Notes under the pieces: generated by a model
Databases searched by the model: none
What the model was told of the DNA's origin: nothing
Seen by the model: only the letters and a program-made list of their open reading frames with translations
Translations under genes and position numbers: made by a program
Source: Clostridia bacterium
GTDB lineage: Bacteria > Bacillota > Clostridia > Oscillospirales > Acutalibacteraceae
NCBI GenBank assembly: GCA_017626295.1
Contig: JAGAJB010000008.1
Span: forward strand, 48,565 to 112,564
DNA length: 64,000 nt
Direction of reading: 5' to 3'
Part shown: piece by piece, positions 46,138 through 56,093 of the stretch
Position numbering within the stretch: position 1 is the stretch's first letter
Layout of the letters: every line of letters starts with the position of its first letter

Positions 46138-46761
46138 TTAATTTTCTTCCGACTCATTTTCCTGCTCGTTTTCAGCAGAAGTTTCTTCACCGGATTCATC
46201 AAACAAAGAAAGTTGACCGTTATCAACATCGGACATAAGAACTTCTCTGTCTTCCTTGGGAAGTTCGGGAAGATCCGATAAACTGCTGAGTGAAAAACAT
46301 CTTAAAAAGTCAGAAGTTGTTCCGTACAAAACAGGTCTGCCGGGAACATCAAGTCTGCCCTTTTCCTCAATAAGACCGCGTTGACAAAGTGTATTAACAA
46401 CACCCGAACAATCAACACCCCTTATCTGTTCAATATACGGTTTTGTTATAGGCTGATTATACGCAACTATAGCTAAAACCTCGAAAGCCGCCTGAGAAAG
46501 CGGTGCGTTTCGTTTTAAATCAAGAACGTTACGCACAACGTCTACAAAGTCTTTTTTACTGCAAAGTTGATATTTCGTATCAAGTTGCACAAGACAAATG
46601 CCGCTGTCATCAGCCTCGTATTTTTTATTTAATGCATCTATACTCAAAAGAACTTGTTCATCATCCATACCTAAAGCGGACGCAAGTTTTGTATATTCAA
46701 TAGGCTCAGCCGCGGCAAAAAGAACTGCCTCAACTGCCGCAATCTGCTTCTTATTTATCAA
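46138..46761 (-). CDS. scpB: segregation and condensation protein B
   Basis: EAVLFAAAEPI N-terminus and an ScpB winged-helix pair. It overlaps the scpA stop by 4 nt. Confidence 0.9.
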   Translation of the reverse strand: MINKKQIAAVEAVLFAAAEPIEYTKLASALGMDDEQVLLSIDALNKKYEADDSGICLVQLDTKYQLCSKKDFVDVVRNVLDLKRNAPLSQAAFEVLAIVAYNQPITKPYIEQIRGVDCSGVVNTLCQRGLIEEKGRLDVPGRPVLYGTTSDFLRCFSLSSLSDLPELPKEDREVLMSDVDNGQLSLFDESGEETSAENEQENESEEN

Positions 46762-47477
46762 GAATTCTCATTTCCTTCCAAAAGTTCAATCTGCATATTC
46801 TCACCGTCACCGGAAACATAAATTGTTTTATTTTTAGCAAGTTCAAGTACTGCTAAAAACGAGGCGATAAGGTCGGACCTGGATTTCGCTTGTTTATATA
46901 TATCGAAAAGTTTTGTTTTTCGTTTTTTCTTAAGTGAAGTAACGATAGATTCAATTTTTGAACCCACAGAAACGATTTTTTTCGTAACTATTGCCTTAAA
47001 CGAATCAATGGGCGGAGGTAAACGCCTTAACTTCTTACCTGCCGCAAGTGAATATGCACTTAAAAGTTCGGTCGGCTCGTGTAAGCGTTTATAGGAATTG
47101 TCGGGCGACACGTTCTCGGGAAATTCCCTGACGGAATAATTGAAACCGTCAGTCATCTCGGAAAGTTTTGCTGCAAGAATTTTACAGTCGCGGTATTCCA
47201 GCAACTCATCGCGCAATTCGTTTTTCAGTTCTTCCGCTTCATCGTACACGGGAAGAAGCGACACGGTTTTTATGTACACAAGACGCGCCGCCATTTCTAA
47301 AAACTCGCTGGCAACGTCCAAATTTTCTTCCTGCATTTCACGAACATAAGAAACATACTGCTCTACAAGTTCCAAAATCGGAATATCGTATATATCAAGT
47401 TTATGTTTTGTAATAAGGTGCAAAAGCAAGTCCATAGGACCTTCAAACACCTCAAGTTTATAAGATATTTTTTCCAT
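46758..47477 (-). CDS. scpA: segregation and condensation protein A
   Basis: FEGPMDLLLHLI kleisin N-terminal motif. Confidence 0.9.
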   Translation of the reverse strand: MEKISYKLEVFEGPMDLLLHLITKHKLDIYDIPILELVEQYVSYVREMQEENLDVASEFLEMAARLVYIKTVSLLPVYDEAEELKNELRDELLEYRDCKILAAKLSEMTDGFNYSVREFPENVSPDNSYKRLHEPTELLSAYSLAAGKKLRRLPPPIDSFKAIVTKKIVSVGSKIESIVTSLKKKRKTKLFDIYKQAKSRSDLIASFLAVLELAKNKTIYVSGDGENMQIELLEGNENS

Positions 47478-47479
47478 AT

Positions 47480-48181
47480 TTAACCTAACAAAAATTTAAA
47501 AGGAAGTAAAGTGATGTAGTCAAATGCGTTTATAATTAAGTTTGATAACAGTGAAAGCGGTGCTGAAAGAATACCCGTAAACAAGAGGATAAAGAGACCT
47601 ATCATTATATAACGCTCGTACTGCATAATTTTATAATAATATTTTGTGGGAAGGAGTGCGGTTAAAAGCCTTGAACCGTCAAGGGGCGGAATAGGAAGCA
47701 GATTAAACACACCTAAATTCACGTTTATTGTTGCCGCGAAGAAAAAGAAAAGTGAAAAATAGAAAAGCATTTGGTTATCGAGAACACTTGCAAACGCTCT
47801 GAAACCCGAAAACAAGAACATACAAATAAACGCTTGCAAAAGATTACATACAGGACCTGCAAATGCAACAATAGCCATATCCCTTTTCGGCTTTTTAAAC
47901 TTGCGCATTCTGACTTCAACAGGTTTTGCATAACCGAAACCTACAAGGAATATCATAAGCGCACCTATGGGGTCAATGTGTGCCATAGGATTGATTGTTA
48001 ACCTGCCGCGGAGTTTGGGTGTATCGTCACCTAATTTTACCGCAATAAGCGCGTGGGCATACTCGTGCAAAGGTGTTGCACAAAAAACAACAAAGCACAT
48101 AGAGCCGATATACACAATTAAATCAATAGCACTTAAATCGCCACGAATAAAATCGCCAATATAACTAATCATAAAATTCAA
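47480..48181 (-). CDS. site-2 protease family (peptidase M50) membrane protein
   Basis: HEYAHAL zinc motif and a second-site NLLPIPPLDGS. Confidence 0.8.
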   Translation of the reverse strand: MNFMISYIGDFIRGDLSAIDLIVYIGSMCFVVFCATPLHEYAHALIAVKLGDDTPKLRGRLTINPMAHIDPIGALMIFLVGFGYAKPVEVRMRKFKKPKRDMAIVAFAGPVCNLLQAFICMFLFSGFRAFASVLDNQMLFYFSLFFFFAATINVNLGVFNLLPIPPLDGSRLLTALLPTKYYYKIMQYERYIMIGLFILLFTGILSAPLSLLSNLIINAFDYITLLPFKFLLG

Positions 48182-48245
48182 ATCCTAAATATTATTTTAA
48201 TTCTACTATAAAGACTTAAAAAGGTCAATATACGAAAAGAACAAA

Positions 48246-49154
48246 TCACCTTGCTATGACAACCACACGGTCAAGCCCCGAAGCATCTTTTATTACTTTA
48301 CCTTTATCCGCTTTATCAACAAACAGCGAAACAATGTCTGCCGCTTGGTCCTCACCGCATTCCATAGCAAGATAGCCGCCGCGGTTTATGAAAGGATACC
48401 ATATTTCCGAAAGGCTTCTGTAAAAAATGAGCCCATCCTCCCCTCCGTCAAGGGCGAGTTTCGGTTCAAAGGCAATTTCCTCTTGTAAGCCTTTTATATC
48501 TTCCGTGCGGATATACGGCGGATTAGACAGGATTATATCTGGTCTCGGAAGCCCCACAAACCCTGTACTTTCAAGTACATCGGACTTTATTACAGTAACA
48601 TTATCTGCGCCTAATAGTTCTTTATTCTGTCGGGTATATTCCAAGGCTTTGTCGGAAATATCCACACAAAAAACCTTAACGCGCGGGCAAAGTTTTGCAA
48701 CACTTAAGCCTATACAACCGCTGCCGCAACACAAATCCAATACAACAGAATATCCGTTTTTCTGAATTTTCTCCACTGCAAAATCAACCAGAAGTTCTGT
48801 TTCGGGTCGCGGAATAAGGACGCCTTCCCCCACTTTAAAACTAAAACGGTGAAAATCCCACATTCCGATAATATACTGTAACGGTTCGTGGTTGCATCTT
48901 CTTTTAACGCAATCCTCAAAGTGTATAAGTTTAACTTCATCAACGGCAGTGCCTGAATTCATAAGCAACTGCGTTTTATTAAGACCGAAACAATATGACA
49001 CCAACTGCTGAGCATCAAACTCGGGACTGTCACAACCCGCTTCTGAAATGGCTTTTATCGCTTCACGGTAAACTGCATACAATGTTTTCAAGTTATCGCT
49101 CCTCCGATTCGTTGTCGGACGCGGTTTCTTCTTCAACAGCCTTTTCAGGAACAC
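48246..49154 (-). CDS. prmC: peptide chain release factor N5-glutamine methyltransferase
   Basis: DLCCGSGCIG SAM motif and NPPY catalytic motif. The track start is a GTG that overlaps the upstream gene by 62 nt. A TTG at 49089-49091 (LKTLYAVYREA), just after the upstream stop, is an equally plausible start. Confidence 0.85.
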   Translation of the reverse strand: MFLKRLLKKKPRPTTNRRSDNLKTLYAVYREAIKAISEAGCDSPEFDAQQLVSYCFGLNKTQLLMNSGTAVDEVKLIHFEDCVKRRCNHEPLQYIIGMWDFHRFSFKVGEGVLIPRPETELLVDFAVEKIQKNGYSVVLDLCCGSGCIGLSVAKLCPRVKVFCVDISDKALEYTRQNKELLGADNVTVIKSDVLESTGFVGLPRPDIILSNPPYIRTEDIKGLQEEIAFEPKLALDGGEDGLIFYRSLSEIWYPFINRGGYLAMECGEDQAADIVSLFVDKADKGKVIKDASGLDRVVVIAR

Positions 49155-50112
49155 CGTATAAAACAGCTTTAAGGGATTCTATACCTACTTCAATAATATC
49201 ATTGGTAGGCTCTTGAGTTGTAAGTCTTTGCATCCAAAGACCCGGAGCCGCAAGAATTTTAACAAGTTTATTATCGTGTGTACCTGCATACTTTATAAAT
49301 TCATAGCCTATGCCTACGGTAAGAGGAACAATGAGAATTTTAATAATCATCCACAGTGTTCTGTTATCGTCAATTTCGGGAAATGCAACAACCAAAACGG
49401 AAGAAACTAAAATGCTGATTATAAGTATAACAAAAATAAAACTTGTTCCGCAACGAGGGTGGAAACGTTTTTGCTTTTTAACGTTTTCAACGGTAAGTTC
49501 AAGTCCGCTTTCATAACAGAAAATAGACTTATGCTCAGCACCGTGGTACATAAACACCCTTTTAATATCGGGAAGTTTTGAAACAAGCCAGATATAAAGA
49601 ACGAAAATGCACATTCTCATTACGCCCTCAAAAACAGGGTGCAAATTAGCGAGAACATCCTTAAAAATATATTTATCAATAACATCCACAAGGAACGAAG
49701 GAAGATAAAAGAAAAGGACAAACGCAAGACCGCAACCGAGTACAAGGGAAATACCTGTAACAACCGCCATCATTTTAGGTCCGAAATGGTCGGATATCCA
49801 CTTATCAAGTTTTGACATATTTTCGGGGTCTGTATCATCATCAAGACCTGCTTTTTCGGCAGATTTTTCCATACACTTAAACCCGAAAAGCAAACTTTCA
49901 ACCATATTGAACATACCGCGGATTATGGGCCACCCTGCAGGTTTGAATTTATCGCGGATATGTTTTACTTCAAGTTCTTCGGTATCTATTGTGCCGTCCG
50001 AAAGGCGTACAGACATTGCCGCACCTTTGGGTCCTTGCATCATAATACCCTCAATAAGCGCTTGACCGCCAACTGATATTTTCTTATTTTCATCGCATTT
50101 TTTACTGCTCAT
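49093..50112 (-). CDS. DUF1385 family membrane protein (prmC-associated)
   Basis: VGGQALIEGIMMQGP N-terminus and a polytopic C-terminal half, typical of DUF1385/YqhQ. Confidence 0.75.
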   Translation of the reverse strand: MSSKKCDENKKISVGGQALIEGIMMQGPKGAAMSVRLSDGTIDTEELEVKHIRDKFKPAGWPIIRGMFNMVESLLFGFKCMEKSAEKAGLDDDTDPENMSKLDKWISDHFGPKMMAVVTGISLVLGCGLAFVLFFYLPSFLVDVIDKYIFKDVLANLHPVFEGVMRMCIFVLYIWLVSKLPDIKRVFMYHGAEHKSIFCYESGLELTVENVKKQKRFHPRCGTSFIFVILIISILVSSVLVVAFPEIDDNRTLWMIIKILIVPLTVGIGYEFIKYAGTHDNKLVKILAAPGLWMQRLTTQEPTNDIIEVGIESLKAVLYGVPEKAVEEETASDNESEER

Positions 50113-51715
50113 TATCGTTCACCATCATTTCTTCTATAAGAGAGGTCACAGGCTCAACCGCCACTTTTTCAATGGGGAAAACAATAGTAACGGTAGTGCC
50201 CACACCTAATTCGCTGTTAATTTCAAAAACTCCGTTATGAAGTTTTACTATTTCATCAACAACGGCAAGTCCGATACCCGAACCTCTGACCTGTAAATTC
50301 GCTTTATAGAATTTCTTTTTTACGTTGGGTAAATCTTCCTCTGCGATACCGCAACCCGTATCCGAAACATTTATGGTAAGAATACCGTCATCAACGATTG
50401 CCGTAACGTCTACAAGTCCGTCCTGTTTATTGTATTTAAACGCATTATCAAGAACGTTTACGAACACCTGTTTTATTCTGTTTGGGTCACCCATCATAGG
50501 TGCGGGAATATCCGGTGCGTTATAGGTGATTTCAACACCGTCTCTTTTTGAACGCTCTTTAAATACGAAAACGGCTTCATCAAGTTCCGCAAGGACGTCT
50601 ATTTTTTCAAGTCTTAAGGTCATATTACCGCTTTGCATACGCGAAAAGTCAAGAAGTTCTTCAACAAGACCTGAAAGTCTGTCTGCTTCATTTATGATAA
50701 CTTCCGTACCTCTGCGGGAAATTTCACGGTCTTCGCCGTCAAGTTCCTTCAGCATTTCACCCCAACCCTTAATAGCGGTAAGAGGTGTGCGCAATTCGTG
50801 AGAAACTGTTGAAATGAAATCATTTTTCATTTTATCGGTAACCGCGACTTCGGAAATCATGGTATTTATAGAATCTGCAAGTTCCGTAATTTCGTCATTT
50901 TCTTTGCCTGCGGTTTCAATTCGTACATCATAGTTACCCTCAGCAATAAGTTTTGCGGTTTCATTAATTTTACGGACAGGGGCAACGATTGTCTGAATAA
51001 AGAATATACCCGATAATGAAACGAAGAACAAAGCCACGATATATACTGCAAACAGTATCAAAATAAAACCTATTATCTGCCTGTCGATACCGCGCATAGA
51101 CGTTATAAACCTTACTGCGCCCGAAAACTCACCGTTGGAGGCTTGCGGTAACACCATTGCAACGGAAACTATATGCTCACCGTTTTGGTTAAAGCCGAAC
51201 CATTTGCATATTCCCGTTGAAGATTTTGTCGCATCCTGCACGTCTTCCATCTCAGCAAGGGTATCTTTAACCGCGAAGCCCGATGATGAAACAGAAACTT
51301 TCCCGTGACGGTTTACAACCTGAACTTCAACACGTGATTTGTCAGAAAAACTGTCAACGTATTCTTTGGCTTTCTGCTCGAAAATCTCGTCGTTGGCATC
51401 TACGTAAGGTGTAAAATACGTAGTTACCGTTTCATTCGCGTAACCCGAAAGATAATTGGTTACGTAATTCCTGTAATATTCAACAATAAATAAAATACAT
51501 GATGCAACAAGCACCAATAAAACCAATGCGGTAATAAGCAATGTATTGGTTGCCCATCTTTTTGTAATACCCGTAACTATTTTCTTATCGCGTGGCTGTT
51601 TTAATTTTTCGCGTATAGAAACGATTTCAATATTCTCATTAACATCGGATTTTTTGGTCTTCTTGTTAATTCTTCTTACTTTTTCAGGCTTTTCTGCCTT
51701 AACGCGCTTCGTCAT
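50102..51715 (-). CDS. sensor histidine kinase (two TM, HAMP, HisKA, HATPase_c)
   Basis: H-box SHELRTPLTAI, N-box VLDNAFKYN and G-boxes DTGCGI / GSGIGL. Confidence 0.85.
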   Translation of the reverse strand: MTKRVKAEKPEKVRRINKKTKKSDVNENIEIVSIREKLKQPRDKKIVTGITKRWATNTLLITALVLLVLVASCILFIVEYYRNYVTNYLSGYANETVTTYFTPYVDANDEIFEQKAKEYVDSFSDKSRVEVQVVNRHGKVSVSSSGFAVKDTLAEMEDVQDATKSSTGICKWFGFNQNGEHIVSVAMVLPQASNGEFSGAVRFITSMRGIDRQIIGFILILFAVYIVALFFVSLSGIFFIQTIVAPVRKINETAKLIAEGNYDVRIETAGKENDEITELADSINTMISEVAVTDKMKNDFISTVSHELRTPLTAIKGWGEMLKELDGEDREISRRGTEVIINEADRLSGLVEELLDFSRMQSGNMTLRLEKIDVLAELDEAVFVFKERSKRDGVEITYNAPDIPAPMMGDPNRIKQVFVNVLDNAFKYNKQDGLVDVTAIVDDGILTINVSDTGCGIAEEDLPNVKKKFYKANLQVRGSGIGLAVVDEIVKLHNGVFEINSELGVGTTVTIVFPIEKVAVEPVTSLIEEMMVNDNEQ

Positions 51716-51754
51716 TGCTTATCACCTCTTTCTTTATACAATTACTTTATAAGT

Positions 51755-52474
51755 TTAAATCCACTTATAGCCCATACCCCAAACGGTAACAAGGTGTTTG
51801 GGAATGGATGGCTCGTCCTCAACTTTCATTCTCAGGCGGCGGATATTAACATCTACTACCTTTTCATCACCGAAATAAGATTCTCCCCATACTTCTTTGA
51901 GAATATCAGTACGGCTCAAGGCTTTGCCGGGATTTGAAAAGAAATATTCAATAATCTGAAACTCTACCTGAGTTAATTCAATGAGTACGTTGTTTTTGTA
52001 AAGAGTTCTGTTTCTTAAATTAAGTTCAAAGGGCTCTATGCTTATTTTATCTGCTCTGGGAGCCTGTACGGGAGTCTGTGTGTTCATTGCAACTCTACGG
52101 TAAACACTATCCACACGAGCCATAAGTTCAGAGGGTGAAAAGGGTTTTGTTATGTAATCGTCAGCACCCATAAGAAGCCCCGATACCTTATCCATTTCCT
52201 GTGTTTTGGCTGTAAGCATAATAATACCTACGGTGCTGCTTTCGTTTCTTAAACGCTTGCACACTTCAAGACCGTCAACGTTCGGCATCATAATATCAAG
52301 AAGAACAACGTCAAATGGACCGTCCTTCTCTGCATAAATATTAAGAGCCTGTTCACCGTCACAAGCCTCTGTTACCTCGTAACCTGCCCTTTTAAGTGTA
52401 ATTGCGATTATTTCGCGAATGGCAGATTCATCTTCAGCAATAAGTACCTTTTTCATAACTTTACTCGCTTTCAA
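51755..52474 (-). CDS. OmpR-family response regulator
   Basis: Receiver domain (VLLDIMMPNVDG, phospho-Asp context) plus a winged-helix trans_reg_C domain (TVWGMGYKW). Confidence 0.9.
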   Translation of the reverse strand: MKASKVMKKVLIAEDESAIREIIAITLKRAGYEVTEACDGEQALNIYAEKDGPFDVVLLDIMMPNVDGLEVCKRLRNESSTVGIIMLTAKTQEMDKVSGLLMGADDYITKPFSPSELMARVDSVYRRVAMNTQTPVQAPRADKISIEPFELNLRNRTLYKNNVLIELTQVEFQIIEYFFSNPGKALSRTDILKEVWGESYFGDEKVVDVNIRRLRMKVEDEPSIPKHLVTVWGMGYKWI

Positions 52475-52509
52475 TTCATTTTTATATCACTAATAAGCCG
52501 ATTAAATGC

Positions 52510-53856
52510 TCAGACAATTCTGAACGATGAAATTACTTCATTATCGGTAATTCCGAATGTTTCACCGTTTTCGGTAATTTCATAATAATACGTACCGGTT
52601 TGTGACTCGTAAAGAACTTTTCCGTAAACTTCTTCGTCGGAAGAATCTCTGTACGCTATTGAAAAAAGTTCTGCATTATAAGTCTTACTCTGTTCGTTCC
52701 ACTCGCAAAACAGAAGTGCGTTGCGGACGGAATCGTAACGAACAGAAACTTTACCGTTCCAAGGAAATTTAAAAAGATAAGAATCCAAGGGATTGTATAA
52801 GGTCTTTATATCTCTGTGATTGGTATCACCTTTTTCGTTCAGCCAGTCAAGCAAAGTGAACGTATAAATCTCGTCATAATCGGTAACGGAAAACTGCTTT
52901 TCATCGCCATACAATTTTGTAAAAACAGGAATTTCCAGATAACCGTCTGCGTCAATATCCTGACACTTTACGTTAATATTTCTTGCAGTGCTTACGGACG
53001 GATTCATAATTGCCCTTACAGGCGAAGAATTATTTATATCCCAATAAACCATTTCAGTAAATATCATTCTGTCGTTCTTCTGACAGTCAATGAAAAGTCT
53101 TGAATATGATTCGTGACCTGCTTTTATAATATCACTTTGTATATTCGCAACAGAGGTAATTGCGCTGTCAAGTTGAACCTCTGCATATTTAACAAGTTCA
53201 CGGTTCTGAGAGAGTGAAAAAAGCCTTAAAAATGATTTTTGGAAATTCCCCGTATCATCAAGATAAACGAGAATAAGGTCGTTTCTCAAATCTCCGTTAA
53301 AATCCGCAAAACTTTTTGAATTGCAGTACTCATTACCCAACGCCTCAAGGGAATACAAACCTCTGCTGTCCACAACAGGAGCATAAATACTGATAATCTT
53401 GGTTGTTTTGTTATCAAACAACGACCAACTGACAAAAATCTCATAAACGCCGTCGGCATCAAGGTCCGTAAACGAAACGTCAAAAACGCCGCTTCCTGCA
53501 CCTTTAATATCCGAAGATATTGCCCACTTTTCATCAACAAACTCAAGCAGAGCCATACGAACGGAACTTTCAACGGATGATGAATCCGAATAAAAGACAA
53601 GAGATTCATCCACACCGTCACCGTTTATGTCAAACAAAACAAACGAGGACTGAAAGTCACCCGAAACAGGTGTTTTCAACTGGATTTTTTCATTTTTCAT
53701 TAAACTGTTAAACGCAGCCTGTACCTCACCGTTTTTACCGGACTGAACAGGCGGTGCCAAAAGACTCTCAACAGAAAAGAAATTAAGAGAGCAACCTGAA
53801 CACACAATAACAAGCGCTGCCGCTGTAATAAGGGATAATATCTTTCTGATTTTCAT
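52510..53856 (-). CDS. lipoprotein with FG-GAP/VCBS-like Ca-binding repeats
   Basis: Lipobox VCSGC. There are four DxDxDG-type loops (DINGDGVDE, DLDADGVYE, DFNGDLRND, DIDADGYLE). Confidence 0.55.
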   Translation of the reverse strand: MKIRKILSLITAAALVIVCSGCSLNFFSVESLLAPPVQSGKNGEVQAAFNSLMKNEKIQLKTPVSGDFQSSFVLFDINGDGVDESLVFYSDSSSVESSVRMALLEFVDEKWAISSDIKGAGSGVFDVSFTDLDADGVYEIFVSWSLFDNKTTKIISIYAPVVDSRGLYSLEALGNEYCNSKSFADFNGDLRNDLILVYLDDTGNFQKSFLRLFSLSQNRELVKYAEVQLDSAITSVANIQSDIIKAGHESYSRLFIDCQKNDRMIFTEMVYWDINNSSPVRAIMNPSVSTARNINVKCQDIDADGYLEIPVFTKLYGDEKQFSVTDYDEIYTFTLLDWLNEKGDTNHRDIKTLYNPLDSYLFKFPWNGKVSVRYDSVRNALLFCEWNEQSKTYNAELFSIAYRDSSDEEVYGKVLYESQTGTYYYEITENGETFGITDNEVISSFRIV

Positions 53857-53890
53857 GTTGCCCTCCTTTTAATAAAAATCAATTTAATAA

Positions 53891-55147
53891 TCACATACTG
53901 ACTTCAACTGTGTAAGCACCGAATGCCCAACAACTCTGGTTGTTAACGGTAACTATTGCAGGAAGCGTTACGGACTGACCCTCTGTTAATTCAACACCCG
54001 AAAGGTCAACTTCCACAGTTATGGAATCTTCGGTTATGGATTTTAAGGCATCCTCTGTACCTACCACAACAACCGACTTATTAAGACCCGAAACTTTATA
54101 TTCTTTATTATCGGGATTATTTAACTTTATTTTATCCGAAGAGAACGTGACAAACTCCTGTGAAAAAACGTCCATATCAACCGTAACGGTAAAGTTTTCA
54201 ACATCGCTGTTTGCCACCGCTGTGTTTTCAGCAGCAAAAGTAAATGTGTTACTGCTTGGTGAAAGTTCTTTGAAATCAATTGTACCCACAGAGTACTCAA
54301 CGGTTTTATCGTAATCATCAACTAAAATATTAAACTCCTCGCGAGAAGGTGAAACCGTATATTTCAAAGGAGTAATTGCATAAGTGTCCGGTGCGTTTTT
54401 AAATGTTACCGTGGTATCAAGTTCTTTAACCCTCAAAACAGGAATTGCAAGAACTACTTTGTCAACACTCATTGAAAGATATTTGAAATCACTTTTGTTT
54501 GCATCATTCAAAGGCAGTATTTCAGTTTCTACGGACATATTTGATGTCAACGATTCGCTGAGAACATATCTTGCAACAACTTTCTCAATTCCGTTTACCT
54601 GCGTTGACGGACCTGTGACAGTAACCGTAGTATCCGAAAGATTTATATCTCCGCAGGAATACCCTGCTTCAACTATGGGGAAACCGTTCGTTACAATTTC
54701 GGGTTCAATAATAAACTCAACTGTTTTTGCCGTATCAAAGTAAACATCAACCGTTTTTGAAGAAATTGAAGAAATGGTGTAAGATGCATTTTCGGAAACA
54801 GTCTCTGCCTTAAGTTGCAACGTTCTGAATCCTGCAGAATCTACGTTATTGGTTAAGGCGGTAACTACAATATCATCTGCGGATAAGTTAGCAGTAGAAA
54901 TCTGATATTTTTTACCCTTTACTGTAACATCAACAGTAAACTCTGATTCGCCGAAAACCTCAAGCCCGAACTGTGACGGAACTGTTTGGTCAATAGTCAC
55001 CTTAACGCCTTTTATAACCCTTGTAGTCTGAGGACTGACGTTGATAACAACCAAAAGCCATATTATAACGGCGATAAACAAAGAAAGGATAAGAACAAAC
55101 AAATTATTCTCAAAAAGGCCGTTTAACGTCTTTTTATTTTTCATCAT
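53891..55147 (-). CDS. cdaR: CdaR (YbbR-domain) regulator of diadenylate cyclase
   Basis: The start is set at ATGATG (55142-55147) preceded by GGAGGTGA. It has one N-terminal TM followed by repeated YbbR-like beta-rich modules, and lies directly downstream of cdaA with a short overlap. Confidence 0.75.
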   Translation of the reverse strand: MMKNKKTLNGLFENNLFVLILSLFIAVIIWLLVVINVSPQTTRVIKGVKVTIDQTVPSQFGLEVFGESEFTVDVTVKGKKYQISTANLSADDIVVTALTNNVDSAGFRTLQLKAETVSENASYTISSISSKTVDVYFDTAKTVEFIIEPEIVTNGFPIVEAGYSCGDINLSDTTVTVTGPSTQVNGIEKVVARYVLSESLTSNMSVETEILPLNDANKSDFKYLSMSVDKVVLAIPVLRVKELDTTVTFKNAPDTYAITPLKYTVSPSREEFNILVDDYDKTVEYSVGTIDFKELSPSSNTFTFAAENTAVANSDVENFTVTVDMDVFSQEFVTFSSDKIKLNNPDNKEYKVSGLNKSVVVVGTEDALKSITEDSITVEVDLSGVELTEGQSVTLPAIVTVNNQSCWAFGAYTVEVSM

Positions 55148-56027
55148 TGTCACCTCCGTCTTTTTTACGGAAAAGTTTCTTAACTTTATTTTTATCATTA
55201 TTAGACTTTTCTTTTGAAACAACAAGTTCGCTTAAAAGTATTTCACGCAGATTACCGTTTGTAACGTTGCGTATAAGTTCACCGTTTTTAGCAACTGAAA
55301 CATAACCTGTTTCTTCGGATACTACAACCACAACCGCATCGCTGTGTTCGCTCATACCGATGGCTGCTCTGTGGCGTGTTCCCAATTCGCTGTCAAGGGA
55401 AGAATTCTGTGTAAGGGGCAATATACAACCTGCGGCATATATTCTGCCGTCCCTTACTACTACTGCACCGTCGTGAAGTGCTGAGTTTTTAAAAAAAAGA
55501 CCGTTAAAAAGTTCTGACGATGACTGAGCATCAAGAACAGTACCTGTATTTATAATATCCTGCAAAGGTGCATCTTTCTCGAAAACAACAAGAGCACCGG
55601 TTTTTGTTTCGCTCATATCAACAGAGGCTTTGCAGAAATTGTTAACTGTATTTGTAACTGTCTTTTCGTAATCAATGCCGTTTTTGAAATTGAATAACGA
55701 AAAACCTTTAATTGACTGCCTGCCGAATCTTTCAAGTATCTTTCTGAGTTCCGGTGAAAACAATACAACAAGAATAATAAGTGCATTTTCAAAAAGAACC
55801 GAGAGAAGATATTCGCTTGCTTCCATTTGAAAAACTTTAACAAGTATATAAATCACCGCAAGGAAAGCAATGCCCTTAATAAGTTGGAATGTACGCGACC
55901 CTCTCATAAGTTTTATTGTTTCGTAAATAACGATTGCAACGAGAAGAATATCTAAAAGGTCTGACATAAAATTAAAACTCATCAAAGCGCCGACAACTTT
56001 GTCGAAATAACTCGATATAGTTCCCAT
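55134..56027 (-). CDS. cdaA: diadenylate cyclase CdaA
   Basis: Three N-terminal TM helices and a DisA_N domain with ALHDGAVVV, GTRHRAA and SEETG motifs. Confidence 0.9.
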   Translation of the reverse strand: MGTISSYFDKVVGALMSFNFMSDLLDILLVAIVIYETIKLMRGSRTFQLIKGIAFLAVIYILVKVFQMEASEYLLSVLFENALIILVVLFSPELRKILERFGRQSIKGFSLFNFKNGIDYEKTVTNTVNNFCKASVDMSETKTGALVVFEKDAPLQDIINTGTVLDAQSSSELFNGLFFKNSALHDGAVVVRDGRIYAAGCILPLTQNSSLDSELGTRHRAAIGMSEHSDAVVVVVSEETGYVSVAKNGELIRNVTNGNLREILLSELVVSKEKSNNDKNKVKKLFRKKDGGDNDEK

Positions 56028-56093
56028 ATTTCACTGCTCCCTTACAAAATTTGATTACACTAACGCATTTTTATCCAATACATTGTAATTATA

